A stretch of 64,000 nucleotides of DNA from an uncultured virus (IMG/VR IMGVR_UViG_3300044640_002305) (IMGVR_UViG_3300044640_002305), one strand, 5' to 3'. Positions 9,161-19,483 are shown, counted from the stretch's first letter. The notes: generated from the letters alone by a model not told the origin. Numbers and translations: made by a program.

Positions 9161-10093
9161 TTAACTAAAGTTGGGCATATTTTTTAACTCCCTTATCTTA
9201 TATTCTTCAATATCAGATAATTCTTTTGGTATTATTGGGTTTAATGTAACGTATAAATCACCGGTTATACCAGTAGAACCATCCACAAAACCCTTACCAC
9301 GTAATCTAAACGTTTTATTTGTCTCAGATAACTTAGGTATCTTTACTTTAACACTACCATCTAAAGTACTAAACTCACTTTCAATACCTAATAAAATGTC
9401 TAGGATTGGAATGTCTAATTTTCTTTTAAGATTTAAACCTTCTAAAGTATAAACATCATGTGGTTTTAACTTGGTAATAAAATACAAATCCCCCCTTTGG
9501 GCATTCTTAACCCAATCACCTAAACCAGGGTAGGTAAAGAAAGAATCATCAACTGTTCCACTAGGTACTTTAACCTCAACACTTCTAATCGTTTTAACAG
9601 CACCATTACCATTACAGTGATAACAAACAGATTTAAATAATTTACCGTTACCACCACAATTATTACACATAAATAAAAATGGGCCTTGTTGTATATGACC
9701 ATTCCCACCACATTGGTTACACTGTTGTGGTTCAAAACCTCCTTCCCCATGACATTTGTCACAAGCTTCGGTAGAATGGAAATTAATAATCTTATCACAA
9801 CCATAATAAGATTCCTCAAGGGTTAATTCTATAACTAATTTTAAAGGTCTAGCTTTTTGTGGACCTCCTTGGAAAGGGTTAAAACCACCAAAAGGATTTC
9901 CTTGGTTTTTTGGTTTTTGTTTCCCTGTTAATATTTCGTAAGCTTCAACAACCTTTTTAAAGTTTTCTTCAGCCTCTTTGTTGTTTGGGTTTAAATCTGG
10001 GTGATATTTTTTAGACATTTTTCTATATGCCTTTTTTATATCTTCTTCTTTAGCTCCTTCATTTAAACCTAAAATATCATAATATTCTTTCAT
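9161..10093 (-). CDS. dnaJ: DnaJ molecular chaperone
   Basis: J-domain with HPD, four CxxCxGxG repeats, C-terminal GDLYV. Confidence 0.95.
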   Translation of the reverse strand: MKEYYDILGLNEGAKEEDIKKAYRKMSKKYHPDLNPNNKEAEENFKKVVEAYEILTGKQKPKNQGNPFGGFNPFQGGPQKARPLKLVIELTLEESYYGCDKIINFHSTEACDKCHGEGGFEPQQCNQCGGNGHIQQGPFLFMCNNCGGNGKLFKSVCYHCNGNGAVKTIRSVEVKVPSGTVDDSFFTYPGLGDWVKNAQRGDLYFITKLKPHDVYTLEGLNLKRKLDIPILDILLGIESEFSTLDGSVKVKIPKLSETNKTFRLRGKGFVDGSTGITGDLYVTLNPIIPKELSDIEEYKIRELKNMPNFS

Positions 10094-10151
10094 TTGTTAA
10101 TAATAATAGTGTGGACATTTTTTGTAAACGTATGTAATATTAAAAAGTAAT

Positions 10152-10793
10152 ATGTACGAAATAATATTAACAGAAAATGATAAGAAAGTCAAAACACTAT
10201 ACAAATATAGTCGGGAATATGATGCTCTTTATCGTTTTACAAACGTAAGTAATAAACAAATACAATATCCGAAAAAACAAGTTTATAAAAACAAAGTTTT
10301 AACGGAGGTAGTTTATCATGTCTTACTCTTAAAGAAAAGAGGTGAGGGTGATAAAAGTATTATTCTACGGGATAAATATGGTAAATTATTAGAATCATTT
10401 ATGGAGGACCCTGATTGGGTTGTTTTAGGCCGTTCTGAATATCAAATAGAGGAACAATTTTCGGTAACGGGTGCAAATAGAAAATTAAACACCCAAGAGA
10501 TTATTAGTTACGTTTTGTTGAGTAAATTAAGTGATAAAAACCCTAAACAGGTTGTTATTTTAAATAATAAAATTGTTATAGAAGGTTTAGCTTTAAATAT
10601 GGTTACTTGTAAGGATGTTAGTGAGGCCACTAGATTGTACAATAGATTACGTATCCATTGCTATGACAACAGAGTTAAACACATTATTTTCTTTGGTTCT
10701 GTACCTAAAGAAAATAAAAAAGAATGGTACAAAAAATTGAATTCAGTAACTGGTGTAGGTTACAATAGACTATATAGAAGTAGTAGTCGTTAA
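10152..10793 (+). CDS. Hypothetical protein
   Basis: 213-aa plus-strand ORF filling an otherwise empty gap. Confidence 0.75.
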   Translation: MYEIILTENDKKVKTLYKYSREYDALYRFTNVSNKQIQYPKKQVYKNKVLTEVVYHVLLLKKRGEGDKSIILRDKYGKLLESFMEDPDWVVLGRSEYQIEEQFSVTGANRKLNTQEIISYVLLSKLSDKNPKQVVILNNKIVIEGLALNMVTCKDVSEATRLYNRLRIHCYDNRVKHIIFFGSVPKENKKEWYKKLNSVTGVGYNRLYRSSSR

Positions 10794-11372
10794 AATTTTC
10801 TTTAAAAAACTTTTTCTATGGTGACTAGTTATACCTTCTTCTTTTATAGTTTGAATGTGGTGACTACTTCCATACCCCTTATTTTTATCCCACTTATATG
10901 AAGGAAATTTTTCGTGGAGAAAGTTCATGTATTCATCACGATAAACTTTAGCTACAATTGAAGCAGCAGCAATAGAAAGATATTCATTATCACCTTTAAT
11001 AACACAAGTATAAGGTATCTCTTCAAAAGAATCAAAAATATTACCATCAACCAAGATATGTTCAGGTTTAACTGATAAAGAAGTAATAGCTTTATTCATT
11101 GCACCAAATGTTGCGTTTTGGATGTTGTAGGTGTCGATACCTTCCACATCAACCATCTCAACTGAAATAGCTATCGCATTTTCTTCAATTTCTTTAAGAG
11201 CTCTTTGTCTACCTTTTTCTGTTAGTTTTTTTGAGTCTTTAATTTGTTCAGATGTAAAATATTTGGGTAGGATTACTGCTGCCGCAAAAACAGGTCCAGC
11301 TAACGAACCTCTACCGACCTCATCAACACCACATTCTACTAAATCTGTGTGTAAATATGATTTTAAACCCAT
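10770..11372 (-). CDS. rnhB: Ribonuclease HII
   Basis: GVDEVGRGSLAGPV, DSKKL, DGN, KGD...SIAAASIVAKV.RD, KGYG, HRKSF. Confidence 0.96.
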   Translation of the reverse strand: MGLKSYLHTDLVECGVDEVGRGSLAGPVFAAAVILPKYFTSEQIKDSKKLTEKGRQRALKEIEENAIAISVEMVDVEGIDTYNIQNATFGAMNKAITSLSVKPEHILVDGNIFDSFEEIPYTCVIKGDNEYLSIAAASIVAKVYRDEYMNFLHEKFPSYKWDKNKGYGSSHHIQTIKEEGITSHHRKSFLKKILTTTTSI

Positions 11373-11608
11373 TATATAGTGTTTTTTAAGAATTTAAAAT
11401 TTATGTTATAAATTTCTACCTCAAACTCTTGGTCTAAATTAGTGTTGTTATCTTTTTTAATTTCTCTTTGGATTTCTCTATGGATTTCTCTATGTAAATC
11501 ATCACGTAAATCATATACTATTTCTTTTGGTAAAAGGAATTTACCTGCTTTTACTTCATCCATATTGACCATGGAGTAAGCAAAATCAACAAAACTTTTT
11601 AATTCCAT
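11372..11608 (-). CDS. Hypothetical protein
   Basis: 78-aa ORF overlapping its neighbours' start/stop codons. Confidence 0.65.
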   Translation of the reverse strand: MELKSFVDFAYSMVNMDEVKAGKFLLPKEIVYDLRDDLHREIHREIQREIKKDNNTNLDQEFEVEIYNINFKFLKNTI

Positions 11609-11796
11609 CCTATTAATTTTTTAAATTTTTCCCATTTAGTGAGTTTTTTTTGAACTGTATTTGGTTCTTTTTTAATGATTTCACCCAAACCACCCATTAT
11701 CTCATTAATGAACTTATTTTTTTTATGTTCAGTTACTAATTGGTCTTGTACAATTTTTCTTCTTTCTTGTTCTATTTCCCATTCTTCTCTATTCAT
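11599..11796 (-). CDS. Hypothetical protein
   Basis: 65-aa ORF, tightly coupled to neighbours. Confidence 0.6.
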   Translation of the reverse strand: MNREEWEIEQERRKIVQDQLVTEHKKNKFINEIMGGLGEIIKKEPNTVQKKLTKWEKFKKLIGWN

Positions 11797-12223
11797 ATAA
11801 CAATTTGTTTAATTTTCTGTTAATTGATTCTCTTAAATTTAATATGGGTTCTACTAATTGGAAAGTTTTATTCCAACCTTTATGTATTGGTTTTGGTAAA
11901 TTATTTTCATTAGACCACATATAATCATCATTTTCATCTAATTTTAGATTAGGTTTAAATTCTTCATCAACAAACCCAACAAAGACATGAAAAAGACCGT
12001 AATCATTTGTTATTGTATCTAATAACTTAATGTTTTGTATTTGACTAGAATCTACCCTTATTTCCTCTTCAATCTCTCTTTTAACACAATCTAATGGTGT
12101 CTCACCTTCAACATCCATAGTACCCGTTAAAATGGACCATACTATTGGCCTATCAGACCTATGTAACAAAAGAAAGTTATTTGTATCTCTTGCTATTATT
12201 AAAATTCCTACAGACTCTTTCAT
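11789..12223 (-). CDS. NUDIX hydrolase
   Basis: G.MDVEGETPLDCVKREIEEEI Nudix box. Confidence 0.85.
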   Translation of the reverse strand: MKESVGILIIARDTNNFLLLHRSDRPIVWSILTGTMDVEGETPLDCVKREIEEEIRVDSSQIQNIKLLDTITNDYGLFHVFVGFVDEEFKPNLKLDENDDYMWSNENNLPKPIHKGWNKTFQLVEPILNLRESINRKLNKLLYE

Positions 12224-12269
12224 TATATATATAAATTCATTATACTTATAAATATAAAAACAATACAGT

Positions 12270-12614
12270 ATGAATACATTATTATTTATTTTAGTTTGTT
12301 ATGGATTGTCAAATATCATTGTTTATGGAACAATATTTGGCAGTATGAGAGAGTTTTTGACTAAGAAGAGCCCTAATTTTTGGGGTAAACTAGTTTCTTG
12401 TATGATGTGTTTTCCTACATGGGCAGGATTCTTCCTTTCATTAACATTTTTCTCACCTAGTTTGTACTATGGTTTAGGAGATTTAAATCTTGGATTTTTT
12501 ACAATACCTAATGAAGTTACTTCCGTATTTTTTGACGGTATGTTAGCCTCAGGTACTACTTGGTTAATCCATACATTTCAGGAAATGGCTGAAAGAGCCT
12601 TTAATGAGGAATAA
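12270..12614 (+). CDS. Small membrane protein (DUF1360-like)
   Basis: Hydrophobic segments and a CMMC..W motif. Confidence 0.65.
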   Translation: MNTLLFILVCYGLSNIIVYGTIFGSMREFLTKKSPNFWGKLVSCMMCFPTWAGFFLSLTFFSPSLYYGLGDLNLGFFTIPNEVTSVFFDGMLASGTTWLIHTFQEMAERAFNEE

Positions 12615-12641
12615 AAAAAGGGACTTAATTAGTCCCTTTTT
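12613..12641. terminator. Bidirectional intrinsic terminator
   Basis: AAAAGGGACT-taatt-AGTCCCTTTT between convergent genes. Confidence 0.8.
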
Positions 12642-13023
12642 CTTCTTTAACAAATAATTTATCCAAATGTCTTTCTTCTAGTTCTTCATAAAAAGTGTTA
12701 GAATTCATCCCATTTATTTCGTAGTGTGATATCTCACCCTTATCTACTTTAGTGTCTAACCATTCTGTAATTTTATTATTAGCGGTTTCGTCATCTAAAG
12801 CACTAAAACTTTTTGTACATCTAAATTCTAAATCACCACCTCTACCAATAACATTTAAATCGGTTTCAATGATGTGACCTAGGATTTCGGCTTCACGTAA
12901 TTGTTTATTATAATTTTCGGTTAAAACCACTGAATACTCAAAATCATAAAAACTTAGTTCATTTAAAGCCTCAGCCATTTTAGGTAGATTAACTGTTTGG
13001 TGAAAATTTTTAGGAACCCCCAT
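12625..13023 (-). CDS. Hypothetical protein
   Basis: Likely start is MGVPKN at 13023, which avoids overlap with the upstream gene. Confidence 0.65.
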   Translation of the reverse strand: MGVPKNFHQTVNLPKMAEALNELSFYDFEYSVVLTENYNKQLREAEILGHIIETDLNVIGRGGDLEFRCTKSFSALDDETANNKITEWLDTKVDKGEISHYEINGMNSNTFYEELEERHLDKLFVKEEKGTN

Positions 13024-13024
13024 T

Positions 13025-13474
13025 TTAAGAAATTTTTTCTGTTGTTTTGTTATTATCTTGTTGTTCGTTTGTTGTAGTAACATTAGCGATAATGTTTTTT
13101 GCGTTCAACTTTAGATTATTCTCTTCTGTAGTGAATTTAAGGTGATTAAGTTCATCTAAACTTTTTGTTTCAAAAACTCTTTTAAGTTCCTCAACCTTAG
13201 CTTTAAGTAATCTTTCTTTTTCCTCAATTTCTAGATTATAGTTAATTACCTTTTCTTCAATATAATCTAAAATTTCATCAAAACTTTTTGTATCTGAATA
13301 AAACATATTATAAAGAGAACCTTGTTCTTTGGTTTCTTTTTGTGAAACCTGAATTTCATCTGTTTCCTCTATTTCCCAAGTCTTTCTTAAGTTAACCTCA
13401 ACTATTCTATAACCTTCAGCAACTTTTAACCCCTTAAAAAAAGGTTGTAGTTTGTCTATTCTTTTTTGTATCAT
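13025..13474 (-). CDS. Hypothetical coiled-coil protein
   Basis: Likely start is MIQKRID at 13474, coupled to the upstream stop. Confidence 0.65.
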   Translation of the reverse strand: MIQKRIDKLQPFFKGLKVAEGYRIVEVNLRKTWEIEETDEIQVSQKETKEQGSLYNMFYSDTKSFDEILDYIEEKVINYNLEIEEKERLLKAKVEELKRVFETKSLDELNHLKFTTEENNLKLNAKNIIANVTTTNEQQDNNKTTEKIS

Positions 13475-13677
13475 TATAATTGAATTCCTGTGAGTAATGC
13501 TGTGATAATGTATGAGATAGAAAGACCCAATAAAAACCTGTCCCAAGTAGAGATTTCGTATTTAGTGGGTACTTCCGACCTCAACCCATTTATTATATTC
13601 CAAGAGTGTTTAAGTACATTAAAGACACCCATTATGAATATAACTAATAAAACTTTATTTAAAAAAAATTCTCCCAT
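13474..13677 (-). CDS. Small two-TM membrane protein
   Basis: Two hydrophobic stretches in 67 aa. Confidence 0.6.
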   Translation of the reverse strand: MGEFFLNKVLLVIFIMGVFNVLKHSWNIINGLRSEVPTKYEISTWDRFLLGLSISYIITALLTGIQL

Positions 13678-13862
13678 TACGGTGTTACCATTTGTTTTTT
13701 AGTGTTACTAATTTCATCTCTAGTGTCTTTAGCCACATTACGAATGTCTTGTAAAGTTTTTCTTGCTCTAGTACCAGCAGTTTTATTACCTTTTTCAATA
13801 AATTTTTCGTAATCATCTCTAAAAGATTTTACAAGATTTTCTAGTTCAATAATTTTTTCCAT
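13677..13862 (-). CDS. Histone H1-like Hc1-family nucleoid protein
   Basis: KGNKTAGTRARK motif. Confidence 0.8.
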   Translation of the reverse strand: MEKIIELENLVKSFRDDYEKFIEKGNKTAGTRARKTLQDIRNVAKDTRDEISNTKKQMVTP

Positions 13863-13874
13863 TTTAATTATTTT

Positions 13875-14114
13875 TTATTCATTATTATTTTCCCCTTCGT
13901 TTTTAGGGGTTATTAAATTATTAGATATAAAAGACTCCCAATACGTAATCATTAATGACGCGTCTTTTAGTCTACCTAATTCCTTGATTATGCTTTTTAT
14001 TTTTTCTTCTGGATTTAAATTTTTATCTAATATCAAGTGTTCGATATTGGATTCGGCTTTTAATTTTTCCTGTATAAGTTCGTTACTTACAATATTTAAA
14101 TCTTTAAAATTCAT
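13875..14114 (-). CDS. Hypothetical protein
   Basis: 79-aa ORF. Confidence 0.6.
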   Translation of the reverse strand: MNFKDLNIVSNELIQEKLKAESNIEHLILDKNLNPEEKIKSIIKELGRLKDASLMITYWESFISNNLITPKNEGENNNE

Positions 14115-14178
14115 AAAACATTTTTATTTAAATTAACCTAATTTGTTTAAAATTAAACAGTATTGGGTTAAAATAATA

Positions 14179-14658
14179 TTAATTTACTACAAAACTTTTA
14201 TTAAATATTTTGTAGAGTTCTAAAAGAGTTTCATATTCAGACATTGTTTTACCTTTACTAAAATCAAACAACTGTCCCCAAAACTCGGTTATCTTTTTTG
14301 TACTATCAATATCTTTATCTTCTTCGTAATAAAAAGATTCTTTATAAAACTCTTTAAAATAATTAAATAATTCTGTTACATCGATGAAGTAGATTCTCTC
14401 TTCTTTAAAGGAACTAATCACTTTTGACCAACACCATTTAAAATGATTATTCTTTTCTTCACCGATAGTAACATCATCACCCATATATGTAGTTAAAACT
14501 AACTCATTTAGTGAGTATATAAAATCGAAAAATAACTCTAATTTTTCTTGTGTTATATTATTAATTTTATATAACAACATTAAATCGTCTTTTTCCATAT
14601 TTTTTGATATGTACTCTATAAAATCTATAGTCTTTGATATCTTATTAATTTTACCCAT
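14179..14658 (-). CDS. Hypothetical protein
   Basis: 159-aa ORF. Confidence 0.7.
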   Translation of the reverse strand: MGKINKISKTIDFIEYISKNMEKDDLMLLYKINNITQEKLELFFDFIYSLNELVLTTYMGDDVTIGEEKNNHFKWCWSKVISSFKEERIYFIDVTELFNYFKEFYKESFYYEEDKDIDSTKKITEFWGQLFDFSKGKTMSEYETLLELYKIFNKSFVVN

Positions 14659-14712
14659 TTATTAATATTAATGACTATTTCTTAGATTTATAGGTTTACT
14701 GTTTAAATATTG

Positions 14713-15303
14713 TTAAACAATATCTTTTGACTCAATAAGAGTGTAGGTAAATGAATTTCCATGAATATCTTTAGCTTTTCTACAGATTTTCATAAATTCT
14801 TCAAAATCAGCTGATTTTTTAAATACTTGACAACCTTCTGACCAATTCTCTACGTAAGTAGAATCAGCACCTGCTTTATGAATATTGATACCGTAAACAC
14901 CTTCAGTAATTTTAGTCTCATCATATTTCATATCACGATTAGCATCACGATAAACTTTAACATTCTTTGCTTGACCTAACGCCTCATACTTACCTTGGTG
15001 TAATCTAATTGTGTGTGAACCTCTGTACTGACCTTCCACTAATCTAGCTACACCAGCTGCGTTATGATACTCCATAACCCCTTTTTTACCTGGGTCTGTT
15101 GTACATGACCAAGTGCGGAATTTCCATTCACCATTTTCTTTATAAGATATAGTCATTGTATCATCAAATACATTAGTAACTTTATCTCCAGTAGCGGAAT
15201 TTCTTACCCCTACAATGTTCACATCGTAATCTTTAGTGCCTTCAAACCAAACGTATCCTTTTGATTTAACTGCTGTTTCAATTTGTTCTCTTGTATAACT
15301 CAT
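14713..15303 (-). CDS. Putative peptidoglycan peptidase (YkuD/L,D-transpeptidase-like)
   Basis: GINIH...WSEGCQV (His...SxGC) motif; next to the lysozyme gene. Confidence 0.6.
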   Translation of the reverse strand: MSYTREQIETAVKSKGYVWFEGTKDYDVNIVGVRNSATGDKVTNVFDDTMTISYKENGEWKFRTWSCTTDPGKKGVMEYHNAAGVARLVEGQYRGSHTIRLHQGKYEALGQAKNVKVYRDANRDMKYDETKITEGVYGINIHKAGADSTYVENWSEGCQVFKKSADFEEFMKICRKAKDIHGNSFTYTLIESKDIV

Positions 15304-15309
15304 TTTTTT

Positions 15310-15768
15310 TTATTTATTAAAATATAATTTAACTTCAGCCTCTCTTCTTCTTACCAAACCTTTAAGTGTTTTACCACCAGCTTTAGTCCATTTTAAGAAT
15401 TCAACTTCAATAGTTGGGTCGTTAGGGTCAGTATTAACTTTTTTAAGTAATGTACTAGATTTTAAGTTAGCTGGACCTAAGTTATAGGCGAAAGAAACTA
15501 ATGCATCAAATTGACCTTGATTAATTGTATCCACACAGTAAGAATCAACGTATTGTTCAAACTTTACTAACATACTTTTTAATAACGCAACACCTTCCGC
15601 TTCAGTAATCGCTTTGTCATTTAAGGTTACTTTTTTACCGTCAGGGTAAAAAGTTGCTCCATACCCAATTGTTGGGATTTTAGCTGGACATAAATAAGGT
15701 TTTGACATAAATCCTTCAAAAGATTTAATTAAATCAATACCTTTCTCACTTGTTTTTGTAATTTTCAT
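15310..15768 (-). CDS. Phage lysozyme (GH24) endolysin
   Basis: FEG...PYLCPA..PTIGYG, QFDALVSFAYNLG, GLVRRREAE. Confidence 0.93.
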   Translation of the reverse strand: MKITKTSEKGIDLIKSFEGFMSKPYLCPAKIPTIGYGATFYPDGKKVTLNDKAITEAEGVALLKSMLVKFEQYVDSYCVDTINQGQFDALVSFAYNLGPANLKSSTLLKKVNTDPNDPTIEVEFLKWTKAGGKTLKGLVRRREAEVKLYFNK

Positions 15769-15838
15769 AATGTTTTTATTTATAAATATTCTTAGACATA
15801 AAAAAAACCCTAACTATATAAAGATGGGGTTTAATAAA

Positions 15839-16222
15839 TTAAATTTTTTTTATTTTAACATTCTCCTCACCGTTTAAGAGGCCTTTAATAAACATTTTAC
15901 CATGATTTATTTGACCACCTAATTTAATAGAAGGACCATATTCATAATCAACAGTTAATTTTTTTCCGACTAATCTATTAAATTCTTTTTCAAGACCCCA
16001 ATTAGGTTTCATACTACTATTAGACATAAATTCAAACCCACCTTCCTCTGGTTTAAAATAATATAAATCTTCGTTAGGGTTTCTACCTAATTGCCCAATA
16101 TAAGTTATATCACCATGTGAAGTACTATATGTTACCTCAACTTTTTCTTCAGCCTCTTCTTTAAGAATTCTTTTGACAATTCTTGTTAAATCTAATTCTG
16201 TAAGTCTAATTACTTTTTTCAT
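15839..16222 (-). CDS. Hypothetical protein with LTE.DL.RIVKRILKEE leader
   Basis: Leader motif shared with other genes in the window. Confidence 0.7.
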   Translation of the reverse strand: MKKVIRLTELDLTRIVKRILKEEAEEKVEVTYSTSHGDITYIGQLGRNPNEDLYYFKPEEGGFEFMSNSSMKPNWGLEKEFNRLVGKKLTVDYEYGPSIKLGGQINHGKMFIKGLLNGEENVKIKKI

Positions 16223-16245
16223 ATTACATAAATATGATTATAAAT

Positions 16246-16271
16246 AAAAAAACCCTCTTACTGAGGGTTTT
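16246..16271 (-). terminator. Intrinsic terminator
   Basis: AAACCCTC-loop-GAGGGTTT with a U tract on the minus strand. Confidence 0.7.
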
Positions 16272-16584
16272 CTTCGTTATGATTTGTATTTTTTTCTTTC
16301 TGTATTTTAGTAATCATCCATCCCGCGACCGCAAATTCCGCTGAAGCCCATAATAGAAATTCACCCATACTTAGTTTACTATGTTTTTCCATTAAAAAAA
16401 ATATCATCCCCCATTGAGCTATAACAAAAGCTACACCAGATTCAATTCTTTTTTTAGAAAAATAAGAATCACTAGCTGAATACATATTCATAACTTCAGT
16501 AAAAAACCATTTAATTTTTTCTGCTGCTACTGAATACCACTTCTTTTTTGTTGGTTCCGTGTTTATTTTTTTTTCATTTGCCAT
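16258..16584 (-). CDS. Two-TM membrane protein, holin candidate
   Basis: SKKR followed by two hydrophobic helices; close to the endolysins. Confidence 0.5.
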   Translation of the reverse strand: MANEKKINTEPTKKKWYSVAAEKIKWFFTEVMNMYSASDSYFSKKRIESGVAFVIAQWGMIFFLMEKHSKLSMGEFLLWASAEFAVAGWMITKIQKEKNTNHNEENPQ

Positions 16585-16589
16585 AGTGA

Positions 16590-17558
16590 TTATTTTTTCA
16601 TTTGTCTAAATAATGTTTTAAACTTATCTTCTTCGTTTTCTTTAACAATGTTTTTAGTGGAAATAGAATCCGATGCTTTATAACCCCACAAATGTTTCAT
16701 TTTATCAATCGACTCACTAACTACCTTAGTATTTTTTTCGTGTGTAATAACCGCTTCACCGTCTTCTTCACCTTCCCAAATCAATCTATAATAGTTATTA
16801 CCGTCAGTAACAGCAAATACTGTCTCATCAATCTTAACTCTAGAAGGTAACTTTTCTGTTAATCTAATAACCTGTTCTTTTGATGTTATCTTACTTTTTG
16901 TTTTGAATATATTTTCTTCAATAACGTCAGAGTATTTTTTATCTGATTCAGCAATAGGTTTATCAGTTGTTCTAACTTTTGGTGAGTAGTGGTATTCATC
17001 AGGTGTTCCGTATTTGTGTTTTAAATACTTTTCTGAATAACCTCTTAATTTTAGATATGTAGAGTCGTTACCGTTTAACTCATCTTGTCTTTTCACGAAT
17101 TCATCGTGAACAGGTGTTCCTTCATTATCATATTTTAGTGCTAACATACCAGGTCCTAAAGCTTCAGTATCATATACATCATAATCTTTTGTTTGGTCAT
17201 CTTCTCTATTAACCTTTTTAGGTTTAAAAGCCTCACCAATTTGTGATGGTTCAGAAGTATCTGTCTTTTGGAAGTTTCTCATTCTATCCAAAACCATTTT
17301 GTAATACTCTTCAGCATCTTTCACATCTTCTTTATGTACTTTATTTAATGCTGGTTGTACAGTAGAAGTACCTAATTTAACAACACCACTTTCTTTGTCT
17401 TGGATTGACTCCATTGAACCAAATTGGCCTTTTTCAGCGTCAGAAAGGTTATCACTTTTGTGTTTAACACCAAAAGCAACTTCCATATCCTCAAATCCTT
17501 TAGTTTCAAGTAAAGTATTTAAGTTCTTTTTAACTAGTTTATTAATCTTATTTGACAT
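16590..17558 (-). CDS. Hypothetical (putative head-associated) protein
   Basis: 322-aa charged ORF with an ATATTTAT motif upstream. Confidence 0.65.
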   Translation of the reverse strand: MSNKINKLVKKNLNTLLETKGFEDMEVAFGVKHKSDNLSDAEKGQFGSMESIQDKESGVVKLGTSTVQPALNKVHKEDVKDAEEYYKMVLDRMRNFQKTDTSEPSQIGEAFKPKKVNREDDQTKDYDVYDTEALGPGMLALKYDNEGTPVHDEFVKRQDELNGNDSTYLKLRGYSEKYLKHKYGTPDEYHYSPKVRTTDKPIAESDKKYSDVIEENIFKTKSKITSKEQVIRLTEKLPSRVKIDETVFAVTDGNNYYRLIWEGEEDGEAVITHEKNTKVVSESIDKMKHLWGYKASDSISTKNIVKENEEDKFKTLFRQMKK

Positions 17559-17583
17559 GTCTATGTTTTTATTATAAATATCT

Positions 17584-19212
17584 TTATTTATTGTTTAGTA
17601 TCTTTAATTTGATTTTATCTAAGATAATATTAAAAGGTAAACCAGTTTCTTTAGAGACTTTTTTAATACTTTCAAAGGTATTATTACTAAGTTCTAAAGG
17701 TTTATCTATTGCTCCCTGACTACACCATGGTTGGTTATTATATTTAGCACATTTGTCTTTAATCTTAACAAATTTACCTCCTTTTGGGACAAACTTAATT
17801 TTATTTATTTCAGTAAATAAAGTGTTTTCACCTAGAATACCAGTATTATCTAATCTTTGGATGATTTTACCACCTTTCCATATAGGTTTTTTAGATGGTG
17901 TCCATTTCCCTTTCTTAGCTGCAAAAGCAGGACCTACAGGGAAACCACCACCAAATACAGAACCAAATGTTGTTGTTTCTTCTAAATCCTCTTTTTCCTT
18001 TTCTTTTTTCTTAGATTCTGAAAGTAAATCATTTACAAAATTAGATACCTCTTCTTTCTTGATGGTTCTTGAATAGTGTCTATTACGAAAATGTTCAGCG
18101 GGTTCTTCTGATTTTTGGTTTTTTAAAGTTACCCCTTTTTGTAATGATGTTTTCCAATCATTATTTGGTGGACTAACGTTAAGGTCAAACCCCTTGTCAA
18201 TTGTAATAACAGATTGTTTATATTTTTTAGGGTTTTTATAAACGTCTTTTTGAAATTGCGTCATATCACCGTCAATATGAACCTCTAATTGGTCGTCGTC
18301 CCAAGTTTCGTTTGTTTTGGCATAAGGGTCTGTTATAACACCACCATTGTATGTTGGTATTTTTTGCCACCACCAATCTTCTATTTCATTATTATCAGCT
18401 TTTCTTTTAGGTGAAGGCCAAGGTGGACTCATATCCTCCTTTGTACCCCAACCCAATAAATTAGCTACCACAAAATCTACCGTTGCTGAAATAGCACTTG
18501 TGGTAGTTTCTTCTTTCATTAAATCTTTTACTTTAATGATTTTGTTTTCGTTTGTTTTTTTGGTACCACCTAATGAACCTGTAAATGCATAACCTGATGC
18601 ACCAGCTAAACCATTTCCTCCACCGGCTGTCATAGTTTCTTCTAACTCACCCTCTTTTTTATGTTTCTTCCGAAAGTTTTCAAGTTCTTTGTAGTTATAT
18701 TTTTTAGATTTGTTATCGTAACCACAATCATGACATAAGTATGGGTGTTTTTCTTTTGGTTCTATGTCCCAAGAATGGTCACACATTTCACAATCAACCT
18801 CTTTTGATAGATTTTTTTCCTCAGATTCAGATTTTACACCAAGTTTTTTCATTGGTGCTTTAAACTTTTTTGATAGATTTTTTCCTGCTGGAGTTGCCTT
18901 ACTATTATTTAAAATAGGTTTATCTTCAGCCTCAAAAACATTAAAATCTACCTGGTCTTTTAAAGATGGTAATAACGTATAAGTGTCTATATTAGGTATA
19001 ATCCCCATTGTACTCCCGTTGTCCCACTTAACATGTAAGGTACCAATGTCATCTATTTTATATATAGTACCTTCTAAATCTTTTTTTACTGCACTTACAT
19101 CAGGTTTCCATTCAGAATTTTTTTTAGATGGATTGTTGGCATCAAATTCACCCATACGGATTCTCATCCCTACTTTAGCTATTGGGTCTCTATTAATTAA
19201 ATTATATGACAT
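17584..19212 (-). CDS. Multidomain protein: DUF4314-like N-domain, Zn ribbon, EETTT-delimited segments
   Basis: IDDIGTLHVKWDNGS; CEMC..CHDC; three EET(T/M)T motifs. Confidence 0.65.
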   Translation of the reverse strand: MSYNLINRDPIAKVGMRIRMGEFDANNPSKKNSEWKPDVSAVKKDLEGTIYKIDDIGTLHVKWDNGSTMGIIPNIDTYTLLPSLKDQVDFNVFEAEDKPILNNSKATPAGKNLSKKFKAPMKKLGVKSESEEKNLSKEVDCEMCDHSWDIEPKEKHPYLCHDCGYDNKSKKYNYKELENFRKKHKKEGELEETMTAGGGNGLAGASGYAFTGSLGGTKKTNENKIIKVKDLMKEETTTSAISATVDFVVANLLGWGTKEDMSPPWPSPKRKADNNEIEDWWWQKIPTYNGGVITDPYAKTNETWDDDQLEVHIDGDMTQFQKDVYKNPKKYKQSVITIDKGFDLNVSPPNNDWKTSLQKGVTLKNQKSEEPAEHFRNRHYSRTIKKEEVSNFVNDLLSESKKKEKEKEDLEETTTFGSVFGGGFPVGPAFAAKKGKWTPSKKPIWKGGKIIQRLDNTGILGENTLFTEINKIKFVPKGGKFVKIKDKCAKYNNQPWCSQGAIDKPLELSNNTFESIKKVSKETGLPFNIILDKIKLKILNNK

Positions 19213-19481
19213 TATATGTTATCTAATTTATTAGCCCAAAAACTTCTTCTAGTCCAAAGGGTTTTATAGAATTGTACTAATACTTTTTGTGTGATATCAG
19301 CAACTTCTTTTTGGGTTGCTTTATCGTTTTTAAGTTGTTTTTTAACAATATCCTCTATCTTTGATTTGATGTTGGAACTTTTAAGCATGTCTTCAAACTC
19401 GGTCCTTGCTATTTTTTTAATTTCAGCTTTATCGGCACGAGTTAGTTCTTCCTTAAGGACTTGTTTAATAAGACTTTTCAT
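19212..19481 (-). CDS. Hypothetical protein with IKQVLKEE leader
   Basis: 89-aa ORF. Confidence 0.7.
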   Translation of the reverse strand: MKSLIKQVLKEELTRADKAEIKKIARTEFEDMLKSSNIKSKIEDIVKKQLKNDKATQKEVADITQKVLVQFYKTLWTRRSFWANKLDNI

Positions 19482-19483
19482 TA

